Positions 9,265 through 19,460 of a stretch of DNA of 58,610 nucleotides are shown here, in pieces. The DNA is from a virus (Duplodnaviria > Caudoviricetes): positions 1 through 58,610 of the IMG/VR virus record IMGVR_UViG_3300049910_000050. One strand, given 5' to 3'. Each line of letters starts with the position of its first letter. The stretch's first letter is position 1. The translations under genes and the position numbers were made by a program. The notes under the pieces are model-generated. The model had not been told where the DNA came from and searched no databases. It saw nothing but the letters and a program-made list of their open reading frames with translations.

Positions 9265-9772
9265 GCTCAGCTTCCTCCTGTTCGAGCATCAGCAGATCGC
9301 CGCCTGTCTTGTCGTAGACCTTCGCGCCCATTGCACGCGCCATACGCACAAGCTGCAGCAGCATGTCGTCGGTGGCCCTGATCGTCTCGATGGTGTCCCA
9401 CTCCGGGGGCGACTCGATGGCCACGATGTACGTGTCGCCGCGTCCGACGTAGACCGCCACGCGATTGTCGATCACAGCTTCTATGGCCTCCCTGGACCGG
9501 AACGATGGGCTGGCAGAGACTGGCTCATCGTGGACAGGGTTGGGCTCAGCCTCCCACGCGTGATCGTAAGACTGGGTAGCCCAGTGGTCCTCCCCGCAGC
9601 GGAAGCAGGGGGGTCGGGGAATACGCTCGTTGTACCCTGGTTGCCCGGGTACCATGGCGAGCCCGTGGAGTTCACGAGAACGATTCGATGACGGCGCGCG
9701 GATGTCCCCCGAAGGCGTCGGTGGGCCCTGCGGGCGAGTCGCGCGAAAAAGGTCAAGAGCGTCACTACTCAT
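9101..9772 (-). CDS. Hypothetical protein with CxxC-H zinc-knuckle-like motif
   Basis: 223 aa directly after portal; CFRCGEDH. Confidence 0.7.
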   Translation of the reverse strand: MSSDALDLFRATRPQGPPTPSGDIRAPSSNRSRELHGLAMVPGQPGYNERIPRPPCFRCGEDHWATQSYDHAWEAEPNPVHDEPVSASPSFRSREAIEAVIDNRVAVYVGRGDTYIVAIESPPEWDTIETIRATDDMLLQLVRMARAMGAKVYDKTGGDLLMLEQEEAERAGQHAQDHGRGPAWDGSDSPRRPGPGTAGSPEGVPNGVEPTPASLPGRSGKRG

Positions 9773-9781
9773 CTCGCATTC

Positions 9782-11737
9782 CTATCCTACGGGTCGAGAA
9801 GGACCTCGTCCAGCAGCCGCGCGACCGCCCGGTCGACCGCCGGGCCCCGCACGCCCGCCGCCCGCCGAGCGAGTCGCTGCCCCCAGCATACTGCCCGCGT
9901 CCTGCGGCGCACGCTGTTGCTGGCCGCGCCCACCCGGCGGCTGCTGCGTTCCGCCCTGCGGAGCCATCGGGCTCTTCTGGGCCTGCTGCTGTTCGAGCAG
10001 CTTCTGGCTCAGGGCGATGAACCGTTCGGAGTCCTCACCGAACCAGTTTTTGATGCGCTCCAGACCGACCTGTTCGATGACGAACGGGAGGGCGTCGACC
10101 GCCTCGCGTACCATCTCATCGAGCCACTCCTGCGGATTGTCCGTCGCCCCCGAAAGCTCGATGCTCTGCCGGTGCGGCATCCACTTGTTGGCCTGCAGCG
10201 CCTGGAGGGCTTTCCATTGTTCAAGTATTGCCGGATCGAGACGCCGACCAAGGGAGACCTCGAAACCGTCCCAGTATCCATCGACATCCTCGGGTTTGAC
10301 CGTGACCTCGCCCAAATCTTCACCATTACGATCTTTGCCGGGTACGGGCAGGGTCAGGCTGTCCTGCAGACAAACCTCCAGTTCCATGGCTGCAAGCTCC
10401 AGCGCGCGACCGATAGCTCGCGTCAGAGCGTCCTTGGCCGATTCGATCTTGAGTGTCCGCATCGACTGAATCGCCCAGAGTTGCTGCGCCGAGCGCGTGC
10501 CTTCAGCACTCCGGGGGCCCTGTGCTACGCCGTTGCGCTGAATGTACTGATCGACCACGCTTGTCGTCTGGAGCAGTTCGTCGGGTACGGGCTGGCCCTC
10601 AAGCATCTGCAAATACTCCCCGATTCGCTGGTCGATGGGGATGTACTGGCCGGGGCGAATCTCGATCTGGCGGCCATCTTTGGTCCAGCCCAGGTAGGTG
10701 CGCCAGGCGTTGATGGCGAGCATCCAGATTTGCATAGTGAGCACGTTCGACTCGATGGGATATAGACCGGCTGCATTGGTCAGCATGCCGCGATAGCGTC
10801 TTTCCATATCGTCAAACGTGAGTTCGCGGAACGGCGCGATGACGTACGGCATCTCAGGGTAGCCGTGCTCCGCCACCCCCCGGTAGGGTCCGTTGCCGCC
10901 GACGTCGAACAGCGGGTAGTCATCCAGCAGCAGGCAGCGGTAGCGCCCGATCCACACGTCGTCCACCCACACCAGTTCGTCGGGCAGCCGAGAGCGGAGT
11001 ATCCACGCGGTATCCTCGTACCGGGCAAAGGCGTGCATCGCTTCAGTCTTGCTGGTCTGATAGTGCTCAACGACGACCAGAAGCTCCCCGTCGTCGGCTT
11101 CGCGCCAGCGGCATACCCGTGGGTCCCGTCGCTGAAATACGATGGGATTTTTGCGACGGTGGCGCACTTCCCAGACTTCCTCTGGGTCAGCGTCCTGCCA
11201 GGCTTCGACCCGTGCTTCGTACGCCTCGTCATCTTCATCTTCGTCCTGAACTGGCGCTGGTCCTCGCGCTTCGAGACCCTCTGGTTTCTTCGCCCATAGG
11301 GTGCGGTCGACCATGATGCGGAACACGCCCACCCGGCGGATGACCATGTCGGTGGGAATCTGCCGCAGCACATCCTTCTGCTTGCGCCAGGAGTAGATCA
11401 GCGCCTTGCCGAAGCGCGTCAGCTTGTCAGCCTGGTTCCGAAACTTCTGACGAGCGCGAGCCGGTCGGACGCGCACCGATATGTCAGGAGGTACGAGCGA
11501 GTCGATTGCGGCATCAGCATCAGACGGTGCCGATCCAGTCTTGACCGCAAGGCGTCCGCCCGGAGACTCCACGTCAAAGGTCTGGAAGTACAGGTCCTCC
11601 TCGTCCTCCATGGAGTTGTCAAGGTTGCCCCACTCCGAGTTCAGGTGGTCGCGCCAGTAGCGCACTTCCTCGTAGGTCGGCTTGTCGTCAATCTCATCGC
11701 GGTACGCGCCCGCGACGTCCGCGTTCTGGTCGGTCAT
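9782..11737 (-). CDS. Portal protein
   Basis: 651 aa directly downstream of TerL; EHGYPEMPYV motif, helical C-terminus with Q/G-rich tail as in podovirus portals. Confidence 0.85.
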   Translation of the reverse strand: MTDQNADVAGAYRDEIDDKPTYEEVRYWRDHLNSEWGNLDNSMEDEEDLYFQTFDVESPGGRLAVKTGSAPSDADAAIDSLVPPDISVRVRPARARQKFRNQADKLTRFGKALIYSWRKQKDVLRQIPTDMVIRRVGVFRIMVDRTLWAKKPEGLEARGPAPVQDEDEDDEAYEARVEAWQDADPEEVWEVRHRRKNPIVFQRRDPRVCRWREADDGELLVVVEHYQTSKTEAMHAFARYEDTAWILRSRLPDELVWVDDVWIGRYRCLLLDDYPLFDVGGNGPYRGVAEHGYPEMPYVIAPFRELTFDDMERRYRGMLTNAAGLYPIESNVLTMQIWMLAINAWRTYLGWTKDGRQIEIRPGQYIPIDQRIGEYLQMLEGQPVPDELLQTTSVVDQYIQRNGVAQGPRSAEGTRSAQQLWAIQSMRTLKIESAKDALTRAIGRALELAAMELEVCLQDSLTLPVPGKDRNGEDLGEVTVKPEDVDGYWDGFEVSLGRRLDPAILEQWKALQALQANKWMPHRQSIELSGATDNPQEWLDEMVREAVDALPFVIEQVGLERIKNWFGEDSERFIALSQKLLEQQQAQKSPMAPQGGTQQPPGGRGQQQRAPQDAGSMLGAATRSAGGGRAGPGGRPGGRAAAGRGPSRPVG

Positions 11738-11855
11738 GCCGACTTGGCCTCACCAGGCATTTGGGGTTAGAGGCTTGCCCGGTGAGCGCCATGCCTGGGC
11801 TGGTGAAGCCGCGCTCCCACTGTCGTCGGCAGTTTGTGGAATGCGAAGGATTGGA

Positions 11856-13841
11856 TCACCGACCCGCGACCTCCAGATACGAGCGTGGTTCCCATTCGCC
11901 TCTCACGTGCGACGTGCGCACATGATCCATGAACGCGCGGCCACGCGAGAGCGGCATGCGCGCGATGACCTCCGGGGGGGTGCGCGGCTGAGAGATGTCC
12001 GGCTCCTCGTCGTCCAGCGGCTCGATGTGCGTTTCCAGATACGAGTAGCTCTCGGGCGCGGCGGGCTCGCCCTCGAAGCGCTTTTTGGCCCACACGTAGT
12101 AGCCCCAGGCGTCCATCGAATGATTCATCCAATCGCGCGGCTTTTCCTGAAAGTTCATGTTCAGGCGTCGGCGCTTTGGATACGTGTAGGTTTTGTACTC
12201 GTTGATCGTACTTGTACAGTGCCGGTCGACGCGGGTTCGCGCGCAGCTTCGCAGATAGGCCAGCGTATCACCCACGAGATTTTCGTCGTTCAGCGATTCC
12301 TCAACCTCAATCGTGAGCGCGCGTTGTTCCTCGACGGGCAAGTCCTTGTCCGAGTCGGGCTCGCAACCCATGCGTTCGAGGATCATGTTGACGCGGTTGC
12401 GGTACAGCCGGTAGAAGCGCACCGGATCGCGAATCTGGTTGCGCATGAACGGGATGCGCTCCCATATCTGGGGCTTGTGATCCACGATGTAGGCAGGGAA
12501 GCCCATGCGCTGCCAGCGCCGCATCTCCTCCGGCTGTGCACTGTCGCATATCATGTCGGAGATGCCCTCGATCTCCCACTGCGGCAACAGGTCGCCGTCC
12601 CTGGATATTCGATCCCCGTTGAACCACGGCTTCGCCGCCAGCAATTCGGCCATCTCCTCGGTGCTACGATGCGTCTCGTATAGCTCATCGAAGATGACCG
12701 TCATGTCGGTGTACTCTTGAATCGCGAGGATGGCGTAGGCGTTCGATCCACCGGACGGGTCGACGGCCAGGATGACCGGAAGATCAGGGTTGTAGGGGCA
12801 GTCGGTGACGTGGACCTTCTCCTTGAACTCGGGGAAAACGCGTTCGCGGGCTGCAGCCGGGATGCCACCGAACTGTTCGAGGAACTCGTAGGGCTCCATC
12901 TCCTTCGCAGCCTGCGCCAGAGCGGGGGTCTGCCGGCCCTGTGGGAAGGCATAGAAGTTGATGTCGTAGCTAGCGTCCTGAAACATCTCCCAGGCAGCCT
13001 CGCCGCCGTGCGCCACCATATCCGAGCGGGCGTCGAGTGCTTTCTGGTGGAAGAAGTCGCCTTCCCCCTCCCAGGAGGATATGAGCAGCGCCTGACCATT
13101 ACGGTCCGTAAGCGGTGGGAGGATCGCACGGGCCCACGCCTCTGGGTAAATCTGCGCTGCTTCGTCTATGATGGCCAGGTCGATAGCCGCGCCGGCGGCT
13201 GACCAGACGTTCTCCAGCGACATCCCTTCGAGGCGACTGCCATTTTCCAGAACGATGAGCTTCTCCTGCGTGGTGTCCCGGAACGTGCGCCACTTCAGGT
13301 CGTTGTCGCGCACACACTCGACCACCTTGTCAAACGCACGCCCGACCAGTTTCATGGTTGGTGCTGCGAGCCAGATCCACGACCGTGGTCGGTACTTTGC
13401 GGCGCAGATAGCCTCCATGGCTGCTTCCGTAGTCTTGCCGCCGCGACGGCCCCACGCCACGATGCGGAAACGCGCGCGCGAGCGAGCGACCGCCTGCTGG
13501 CCAATCCAGTGGCCGGGGATCGCCTGCTGCTCCCAGCGTTCCGTCTCATCCTGCAGGGCGTGATACTCCCGGAGCCGCACATCGGGTACGTCGTAGGTGC
13601 CGATGTGCGTGATGCGACGCATGACCTCGCGCTGGGCGTCCTCGTCGTCTGGGACGAACACGCCGTGTGGCCGGAAGTTCATCTGCGCGAAGCTCTCTAG
13701 CCGCTCCTCCGGGGTGATCGGCGTGAACGGCACTAACCTCGCGGCGGCGCGGTCCTCCCAGTCCTGCAGCCAGTCGGAGCCCGACCGCTTGCCGAACTTG
13801 GCGAAGTCCAGCCCCGTGAAAGCAGCCGGGGCCTGGGTCAC
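11856..13841 (-). CDS. terL: Terminase large subunit
   Basis: Walker A GRRGGKT, Walker B LAIIDEAA, nuclease motifs LAVDP and HSMDA. Confidence 0.95.
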   Translation of the reverse strand: MTQAPAAFTGLDFAKFGKRSGSDWLQDWEDRAAARLVPFTPITPEERLESFAQMNFRPHGVFVPDDEDAQREVMRRITHIGTYDVPDVRLREYHALQDETERWEQQAIPGHWIGQQAVARSRARFRIVAWGRRGGKTTEAAMEAICAAKYRPRSWIWLAAPTMKLVGRAFDKVVECVRDNDLKWRTFRDTTQEKLIVLENGSRLEGMSLENVWSAAGAAIDLAIIDEAAQIYPEAWARAILPPLTDRNGQALLISSWEGEGDFFHQKALDARSDMVAHGGEAAWEMFQDASYDINFYAFPQGRQTPALAQAAKEMEPYEFLEQFGGIPAAARERVFPEFKEKVHVTDCPYNPDLPVILAVDPSGGSNAYAILAIQEYTDMTVIFDELYETHRSTEEMAELLAAKPWFNGDRISRDGDLLPQWEIEGISDMICDSAQPEEMRRWQRMGFPAYIVDHKPQIWERIPFMRNQIRDPVRFYRLYRNRVNMILERMGCEPDSDKDLPVEEQRALTIEVEESLNDENLVGDTLAYLRSCARTRVDRHCTSTINEYKTYTYPKRRRLNMNFQEKPRDWMNHSMDAWGYYVWAKKRFEGEPAAPESYSYLETHIEPLDDEEPDISQPRTPPEVIARMPLSRGRAFMDHVRTSHVRGEWEPRSYLEVAGR

Positions 13842-13972
13842 TTCTTCCCGTGCTTCTTGATCGAGCGCGCGGGGCCCTTGCCTCGGTCACGTGTAAAGAT
13901 GTTCGACGTGCCGACTTTGCCCTTCTTGCCGCCGCTCGAACGACCGGTACGTTTGATCGGTGGTGAGCCCAT
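13838..13972 (-). CDS. Small Lys/Arg/Gly-rich protein (44 aa)
   Basis: MGSPPIKRTGRSSGGKKGK...KKHGKK; TGATG overlap upstream and GTGA overlap with terL. Confidence 0.7.
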   Translation of the reverse strand: MGSPPIKRTGRSSGGKKGKVGTSNIFTRDRGKGPARSIKKHGKK

Positions 13973-14220
13973 CAGGCAACCTTCTTCTTTCTGGTCGTGG
14001 TTTTCCTGGCCGTGGTCTTTGCCTTTGTCACTGCGCCGCCGCCACGCGAGCCGCCCGCCGCCAGCGCAGCTTGCATTCTGGTCCGCGCTCCGCGCGGCGC
14101 GGTACCGCCCATGGAGCCGCGTGTTGGGCGTCGAACGTTGGGAATCTGAAGTGCCCCCGGCATCTTGCCAAGGTTCAGAGCCTGGATTCCTGGGGGTGCT
14201 GCTGCAGCTTTACGGGGCAT
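13972..14220 (-). CDS. Small basic protein
   Basis: 82 aa, GAGGAGG RBS, ends KAKTTARKTTTRKKKVA. Confidence 0.8.
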   Translation of the reverse strand: MPRKAAAAPPGIQALNLGKMPGALQIPNVRRPTRGSMGGTAPRGARTRMQAALAAGGSRGGGAVTKAKTTARKTTTRKKKVA

Positions 14221-14287
14221 CTAGTCCTCCTCGAACCACCAGTAGAACGGGAAGAGCCACCAGCAGCGGAGGCACCTCCAGCACGGC

Positions 14288-14419
14288 CTAGTATTTGTAC
14301 GGGTTCTTGCTCGACGGTACGCCGGCTGGTTTGCCACGCGTCGTCTCAGCCTTGACCAGCGGGATGCAGCGCCCCGCGCTGCCCTGCTTGCTACCTCTTG
14401 GAGCGCCTCGTGTTGCCAC
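14288..14419 (-). CDS. Small basic protein (43 aa)
   Basis: GTG start after GAGG; fills the gap in the operon. Confidence 0.4.
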   Translation of the reverse strand: MATRGAPRGSKQGSAGRCIPLVKAETTRGKPAGVPSSKNPYKY

Positions 14420-14624
14420 TCAGGGGTTTTCCTCTCTGTCCAGGCTTGCGGTGCACACCCTTCTTGTAGCCTTTGGCCAGCGCCGAGTTCGAGATCGCCG
14501 CCGCCGAGGCTTTGGACATTCCGGGATTGTCGCGCCGCAGCGCTTCGTATGTCGCCGGGTTCTTGATGTTACCGCCCTTACCAGGCGCAGCACCGACCTT
14601 CTGACCGGATTTCGTGAAGGGCAT
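14391..14624 (-). CDS. Small basic protein
   Basis: 77 aa, TGATG-coupled; IKNPATYEALRR-GMSKASAAAISN motif recalled from other small basic proteins. Confidence 0.75.
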   Translation of the reverse strand: MPFTKSGQKVGAAPGKGGNIKNPATYEALRRDNPGMSKASAAAISNSALAKGYKKGVHRKPGQRGKPLSGNTRRSKR

Positions 14625-14695
14625 CAGTGCATCCAGACCTTTATACCGATGAAGATAATCGTGCCCAGGATAAACAGGAACACGAGCGCGTACAC
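14624..14695 (-). CDS. Short single-TM peptide, possible holin-like component (start uncertain)
   Basis: VYALVFLFILGTIIFIGIKVW; stop coupled TGATG to next gene; follows the lysins. Confidence 0.35.
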   Translation of the reverse strand: MYALVFLFILGTIIFIGIKVWMH

Positions 14696-14735
14696 GGCGC
14701 ACGTGATGGGTCCGGGCGGATCAGCCTGCCGGTAG

Positions 14736-15257
14736 TCATCTCTCCAGCCATACGATCTGCCACGATCCTGCCCATCGACTGAACTGCTCAGGCGAAATGG
14801 TGTCGTAGATGCCCTGGTAACCCGGGGCCGAGTTGGCGATCCACAACTGTCCATCAGCCGTCATGCCGCGAATCGCGACGAAGTGGTACCACGACGTGCT
14901 ATTCAACACGCCCGTGGTTGAGCTACACAGTTCGACCGCACGATTCCAGTCGACCCATTCCTGATGCGCCTGCGGGCCGTAGGACGAGAGCACGCGCACC
15001 AGGCACTGCGTATCGGCCAGGCCGACCTGGGGGTTGACACAACTGGGATAGCCGATCTCGCCAGCGGTCTGCTCGCGCGTCGAGGTGGGGTCCAGCCAGG
15101 TGGCCAGCAGCACCCAGTCGGTGGCGCAGATCGAGCACGTCCAGTCCTGCGCCTGGGGCGGCATGGCCATGCCCCGGTTCAGGTCGAAGTCGTCCCACCA
15201 GCTATGCCAAGGGGCGGCGGCGGGCCTGCGGTAGGGAGCCAGCACAGCCGGGTTCAT
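14736..15257 (-). CDS. C39-like (papain-fold) cysteine peptidase, putative lysin
   Basis: QAQDWTCS...YHFVAIRG...WIANS; ATGA-coupled to GH25 gene. Confidence 0.75.
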   Translation of the reverse strand: MNPAVLAPYRRPAAAPWHSWWDDFDLNRGMAMPPQAQDWTCSICATDWVLLATWLDPTSTREQTAGEIGYPSCVNPQVGLADTQCLVRVLSSYGPQAHQEWVDWNRAVELCSSTTGVLNSTSWYHFVAIRGMTADGQLWIANSAPGYQGIYDTISPEQFSRWAGSWQIVWLER

Positions 15258-15883
15258 GGTCTGTACCTCGAACAGTCGCAGGCTCCCGCCACGCCAGGCA
15301 CGCTTTCCCGATCCGTGTACTGCCAGAACGTTAGCTCGGGCCAGTTGGCAGGCACCGGCGGCTGCGGGCCGTAGGCCGCGATCCACAGCTTGCCGTCGAA
15401 CGCCACGCACACCGCGTACTGGTCCAGGTTGTGGTCCGCGATGAACGGCCCGCCCGAGTACAGCATGCGGCTGCCGCCGATGTTCGCCGCGAAACGGATG
15501 GCCCAGTCCTGCAGGTCGCCCGATCCGACTTCGAGATCGAGCACCATCAGGTCGTCGGGTCCCGGCTGGACGACGGCCATGAAGTGCGCGGCCTCGGTCT
15601 CGGGGGCATTGGAATCGGGCTGGGCGAAGTGGTACGCGCCGCGCAGCAGCCCCGCGCCCCTGATCGCCTGCCAGTCCTGGGCGAAGTACGGGTTGACGTA
15701 GCTCGTGCCCTCGGTGGCCTTGACGAAGCCGAACTTGTAGCCAGCGGCAGCGACCGCCTGCCAGTCCGTGTTGGGCTGGTAGGAGGAGACGTCGGGGCCC
15801 TCGTCACCGGGCGCGAGAGCGATGCCCGGTGGCGGCGCGGGGGCGACCTTGTGCTGGGGCGGGTAGAAGATCGCGCTGGTCAC
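15254..15883 (-). CDS. GH25 muramidase (endolysin catalytic domain)
   Basis: DVSSYQ, FVKATEG, GAYHF, LDLE, LWIAAY, FWQYT. Confidence 0.93.
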   Translation of the reverse strand: MTSAIFYPPQHKVAPAPPPGIALAPGDEGPDVSSYQPNTDWQAVAAAGYKFGFVKATEGTSYVNPYFAQDWQAIRGAGLLRGAYHFAQPDSNAPETEAAHFMAVVQPGPDDLMVLDLEVGSGDLQDWAIRFAANIGGSRMLYSGGPFIADHNLDQYAVCVAFDGKLWIAAYGPQPPVPANWPELTFWQYTDRESVPGVAGACDCSRYRP

Positions 15884-16110
15884 CCGAAGGTCGTTCCGTT
15901 GGTGCTATCCCACTTGCCGACGACGCCTGAGCTAAACGCCATCTGGATGCCGCCGGTGTCGGGGTCGGGAAGCTCGCCCGAGACCGGGACGCCGAGATAG
16001 TTGCCGGCTGACTTCTGATCGAGCCACAGCTTGCACATCGCCGTGTCGGGGTTCCACACCAGGCCCGTCACGACGGCGGACCAGGCTGCCTGATTGCCTA
16101 CATCGCTCAC
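15880..16110 (-). CDS. Stand-alone LGFP-like repeat protein, putative cell-wall-binding subunit
   Basis: GTGA-coupled on both sides; [21 protein letters not shown] resembles an LGFP repeat. Confidence 0.6.
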   Translation of the reverse strand: MSDVGNQAAWSAVVTGLVWNPDTAMCKLWLDQKSAGNYLGVPVSGELPDPDTGGIQMAFSSGVVGKWDSTNGTTFG

Positions 16111-17687
16111 AAAATACCTACCCACGCATTCGGAGTGCCGGCGACCATCTGGTACAGCCGGTGATTGGCTACGGTACTGTTGGTGAAGTAGAAGTCGCCT
16201 GGGTTGCCCGTGGTCGCGGGCGGCGGATCGGAGCCGCCCCAGATACGGGCGCTTGACAGGCGCACGTCGTTGAACGGTCCGGTCTGGATGTTGTCGCGGC
16301 GCGCGGCGGTGCCGCCACCCTGGTTGGGGTCGGCAAAGAGAGCCGCCTGAACGGACGAGACGTCGAGGCCCGCGACCCACGCGTTGACGTAGGTGGAGGT
16401 GAACTCGGGATCGGTGGCGGTCCACCACTCGCTGGTGTCGATGAAAATGGTGTTGCCGTCGATGGCGTACGGCCAACCGGCGTACTCGGTGGCAATCGCC
16501 TGCAGGATGTTGCCGACCTTGATGAACGCCGTGTAGCCCTTGACCACCCCCGACTGGGTGAGTTGATCGGGCGGGAACGCGCCCTGGGTGACGTACACGT
16601 GGACCTCGTCGTTGTCCACGATGTTCGACAGCCGCAGCCAGGGGCTGTACAGCCCACCAGCAGCGACCGAGAGCGAGTTGATGCCGGGGCCGTTGGCCCC
16701 GCGCGGGCCAGGCGGGCCCTGGATGCCGGGGTTGCCCTGCGGGCCAGTCGGACCGGGGTTGCCCTGGGCCCCCTGGACACCCTGCGCACCCACGGCTCCC
16801 GCCGGTCCGATGGGCCCCTCGGGACCAATGGGTCCCTGCGGGCCAGTCGCGCCCGTCTCGCCCGTCGCGCCCGTCGCGCCAGCAGGGCCGGTGGGACCAA
16901 CCGGTCCCAGGGGTCCGACGTCGCCCTGGGCACCCGGCGCGCCGGTGCCCCCGGACGGGCCGATGGGCCCCTGGATGCCCGCGATACCGGGGTAGCCCTG
17001 CGGGCCCTCGGGGCCAATCGCGCCCTGCGGACCGGTAGGTCCTGGCGGACCGACGACAGGTCCGCCGTCGACCCACGCGGTGCCGCTCCACACGTGGAGG
17101 TGGCCGTTGTCCTGGGTGATCGCGCCGTCGCCAGCAAGCTGGCCGGTGATCGCCGCGAGCCCCGCCGCGTCGGCCACGACGTACTTGACCTGCACCGACT
17201 GGCCTGGCTGGCCCGTGGGACCCTGGATGCCCTGCGGCCCCTGGCCTCCGGGAAAGCCCTGCTGGCCCTGGGGGCCCTGGGCTCCCTGTGGGCCTGTCGG
17301 TCCAGCGGGGCCTGGCGGACCCGCCACGCCTTCCATGCCGCGCGGACCGGTGGGACCCTGCGGGCCGGTGGGTCCGGTCGGCCCCGCGTTGCCGGTCGCA
17401 CCGGCTGGCCCCTGCGCGCCGGTGGGACCCTGGGTACCCTGCGGTCCGACGTGACCCGCAGGACCGGTGGGGCCCGATGGTCCTGGGGGTCCCTGATAGC
17501 CCTGCGGACCGCGCTGTCCTTGCGGACCAACTGGACCCTGGGGACCCGGGGGTCCTTGCGGTCCAGCCGGACCTATCGGCCCTGGTGGTCCGGGAGGGCC
17601 AGGAGTACCGGTAGCCTCGACAACAAGCTCGCCGTACTGCACCGAGCGCGGCGTGGAAATCGGCGGCGGAACGGGCGGGGCGGTCAT
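16107..17687 (-). CDS. Collagen-like fibre protein 1
   Basis: Two long Gly-X-Y tracts separated by a short beta module; globular C-terminus. Confidence 0.9.
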   Translation of the reverse strand: MTAPPVPPPISTPRSVQYGELVVEATGTPGPPGPPGPIGPAGPQGPPGPQGPVGPQGQRGPQGYQGPPGPSGPTGPAGHVGPQGTQGPTGAQGPAGATGNAGPTGPTGPQGPTGPRGMEGVAGPPGPAGPTGPQGAQGPQGQQGFPGGQGPQGIQGPTGQPGQSVQVKYVVADAAGLAAITGQLAGDGAITQDNGHLHVWSGTAWVDGGPVVGPPGPTGPQGAIGPEGPQGYPGIAGIQGPIGPSGGTGAPGAQGDVGPLGPVGPTGPAGATGATGETGATGPQGPIGPEGPIGPAGAVGAQGVQGAQGNPGPTGPQGNPGIQGPPGPRGANGPGINSLSVAAGGLYSPWLRLSNIVDNDEVHVYVTQGAFPPDQLTQSGVVKGYTAFIKVGNILQAIATEYAGWPYAIDGNTIFIDTSEWWTATDPEFTSTYVNAWVAGLDVSSVQAALFADPNQGGGTAARRDNIQTGPFNDVRLSSARIWGGSDPPPATTGNPGDFYFTNSTVANHRLYQMVAGTPNAWVGIL

Positions 17688-18121
17688 GTGGCAGCGACTC
17701 CGAGTTCACCGAACTGCACCGTCTTGGCGCGGCTGACCCCGAACGGATAGGTCAGCACGCCCGACCACTTGCAGTTGACGAAGTATTGAATGTTGGGCCG
17801 GACGCTGAAACACTCGATGGTGATGGGGTCGCCAGCCTTGACCGAGACCGGTCCGGTCTCGCCACCGTACGCCTCCGAGCGCGTGCCCCAGACGACCGAG
17901 ACGATGCCGTCGTGGTTGACCTCGACGGTCGCCAGCAGCATGGCCAGCCCGGAGACCGGGTCCTGCTCGCCCAGCGACACGTGGAAGTCGGTCCATATCT
18001 CAGCCGTCCAGTCGGCGGGCGGCGACCAGACCGCCCACTGGTAGGTGTGCCACGCGTACAGGAAGTACGGGTTGGCCGAGACCCCGGCGGAACGCGCTAC
18101 GCGCTGGACGGTGAGCGTCAC
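17684..18121 (-). CDS. Hypothetical virion-associated protein
   Basis: 145 aa, beta-rich, 4-nt overlaps on both sides. Confidence 0.7.
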   Translation of the reverse strand: MTLTVQRVARSAGVSANPYFLYAWHTYQWAVWSPPADWTAEIWTDFHVSLGEQDPVSGLAMLLATVEVNHDGIVSVVWGTRSEAYGGETGPVSVKAGDPITIECFSVRPNIQYFVNCKWSGVLTYPFGVSRAKTVQFGELGVAAT

Positions 18122-19059
18122 GAGGGCAGCGCCAGGTACGTGTCGCCCACGCCGGTCAGCCAGTAGTTGGGCCCCATGAACGTTGGAGACGGCTTGCTCG
18201 ACGGGTTCTCGATCAGGCGCGCCACGCGGATCAGCTTGCTGTCTGCGGTGGCGCGGATCAGCGCCTCCACAGCTTCTAGCTCACCGGGCTGCGGCACCTT
18301 CCACGCGAAGCGCTCGCGGATGTAGTGGTTGACCGGGTCGGTGTACACCTCCAGCAGCGCGGTCTGGTTGGGGTCGGGCAGGCTGGGGATGGCGTTGGCC
18401 ACGTCGGGCACAGGTGAAGTCAGCCCGACCGCAACGGTCTGGCCGGTCGAGCCTGGCCAGCGCGCAAAGACGCGCGCGACGGGGAACGTCTCGCGCCCGT
18501 TGGTGCCGTTCAGATCGAGGTACGCGTAGTTCGTGGACGCCCAGGCCAGCCCCGAGGGGTTGTACTGCGCCCAGTCATACGTGTTCCAGAAGCCGTCGTC
18601 GCCGCCCGGTACCGGGGGCGGCTGCCCGCCGAACTGGTAGAAGCGCACCGGGACGAAGTTCCACGGGCGCTGCCTGAGCTTGAGCGTGCCGACGTACGCG
18701 CGGAGATGACGCTGCGTCGTATCGCTGGGCGACAGGTCGATGTAGAAGCGCACCTCCTGCGGCATCTGCTGGCGGCGCTGCTGCGCGATGGTGCCGACCG
18801 GGACCTGCAGCCGATGGAAGATCAGCGGGCCGACGTCCTCGACCGTGCCCCGTAAAGGTTGGGAGCCAGGGTCGGCGGGCGGGTTGGTGCGCTCCCAACT
18901 CAAGCGCAGCATGCAGTAGTAGTCGGTGATGCACGTCACCTCGAACATGTCCGTACCCGGCACGTCGTAGACGTCCGAGAGACGGATGAACTGCGGCAGC
19001 CCCTGAATCCACGATATCTCGGGGACCGGGACGACGAACTGCTCAGGTGCCTGGGTCAT
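18118..19059 (-). CDS. Hypothetical virion-associated protein
   Basis: 313 aa, 4-nt overlaps on both sides. Confidence 0.75.
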   Translation of the reverse strand: MTQAPEQFVVPVPEISWIQGLPQFIRLSDVYDVPGTDMFEVTCITDYYCMLRLSWERTNPPADPGSQPLRGTVEDVGPLIFHRLQVPVGTIAQQRRQQMPQEVRFYIDLSPSDTTQRHLRAYVGTLKLRQRPWNFVPVRFYQFGGQPPPVPGGDDGFWNTYDWAQYNPSGLAWASTNYAYLDLNGTNGRETFPVARVFARWPGSTGQTVAVGLTSPVPDVANAIPSLPDPNQTALLEVYTDPVNHYIRERFAWKVPQPGELEAVEALIRATADSKLIRVARLIENPSSKPSPTFMGPNYWLTGVGDTYLALPS

Positions 19060-19460
19060 GCCACCCCCACAAAGGTCTTGTCAGCGCTGGTGGTCGAGAC
19101 GTCGTTGGGTGCCGAGATGCCGGTGACGGTGAAGCGGTAGTGATACGTGGTGCCGCCAGTGAAGCCGGTAACGGTCACCGTCTGGCGCGTGGTGCCGTTG
19201 CCGGAGCCCATGGTCGAGACCACGTTGGGGTACGTGATGCCGTCCGTGCCCCATTCGAGCACCGCGTTGCAGGGCACATCTTCGGTGACCGCGAAGTCGC
19301 ACGCGCCGCCGCCGGTGCTGGGGTCTGCCGAGTCGCTCAGAATCTGGGGCGGGACCTGCAGCGGGGGCGGGGGCGGCGGGGCCAGGAACGCCTCGTTCCA
19401 CATGCTGGGGTTGGCGGGCGGGATGGGCAGCGTGAACATCGCGAACTGCGCGGCGGTCAT
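19056..19460 (-). CDS. Fibronectin type III-like protein
   Basis: VLEWGT...TVTVTGFTGGTTYHYRFTV; ATGA-coupled start at 19460. Confidence 0.7.
   Translation of the reverse strand: MTAAQFAMFTLPIPPANPSMWNEAFLAPPPPPPLQVPPQILSDSADPSTGGGACDFAVTEDVPCNAVLEWGTDGITYPNVVSTMGSGNGTTRQTVTVTGFTGGTTYHYRFTVTGISAPNDVSTTSADKTFVGVA

Noticed and set aside
11740-11856. 30-aa ORF between terL and portal
   Set aside because: Has a GTGA overlap but no motif or compositional support; too weak to call
11856-13841. Intein in terminase
   Set aside because: No C/S...HN splice junctions or LAGLIDADG motifs; inserts are short
15880-17709. 609-aa Arg-rich minus ORF
   Set aside because: Alternative frame of the collagen gene; only the last 76 codons from GTG 16110 look like a real gene
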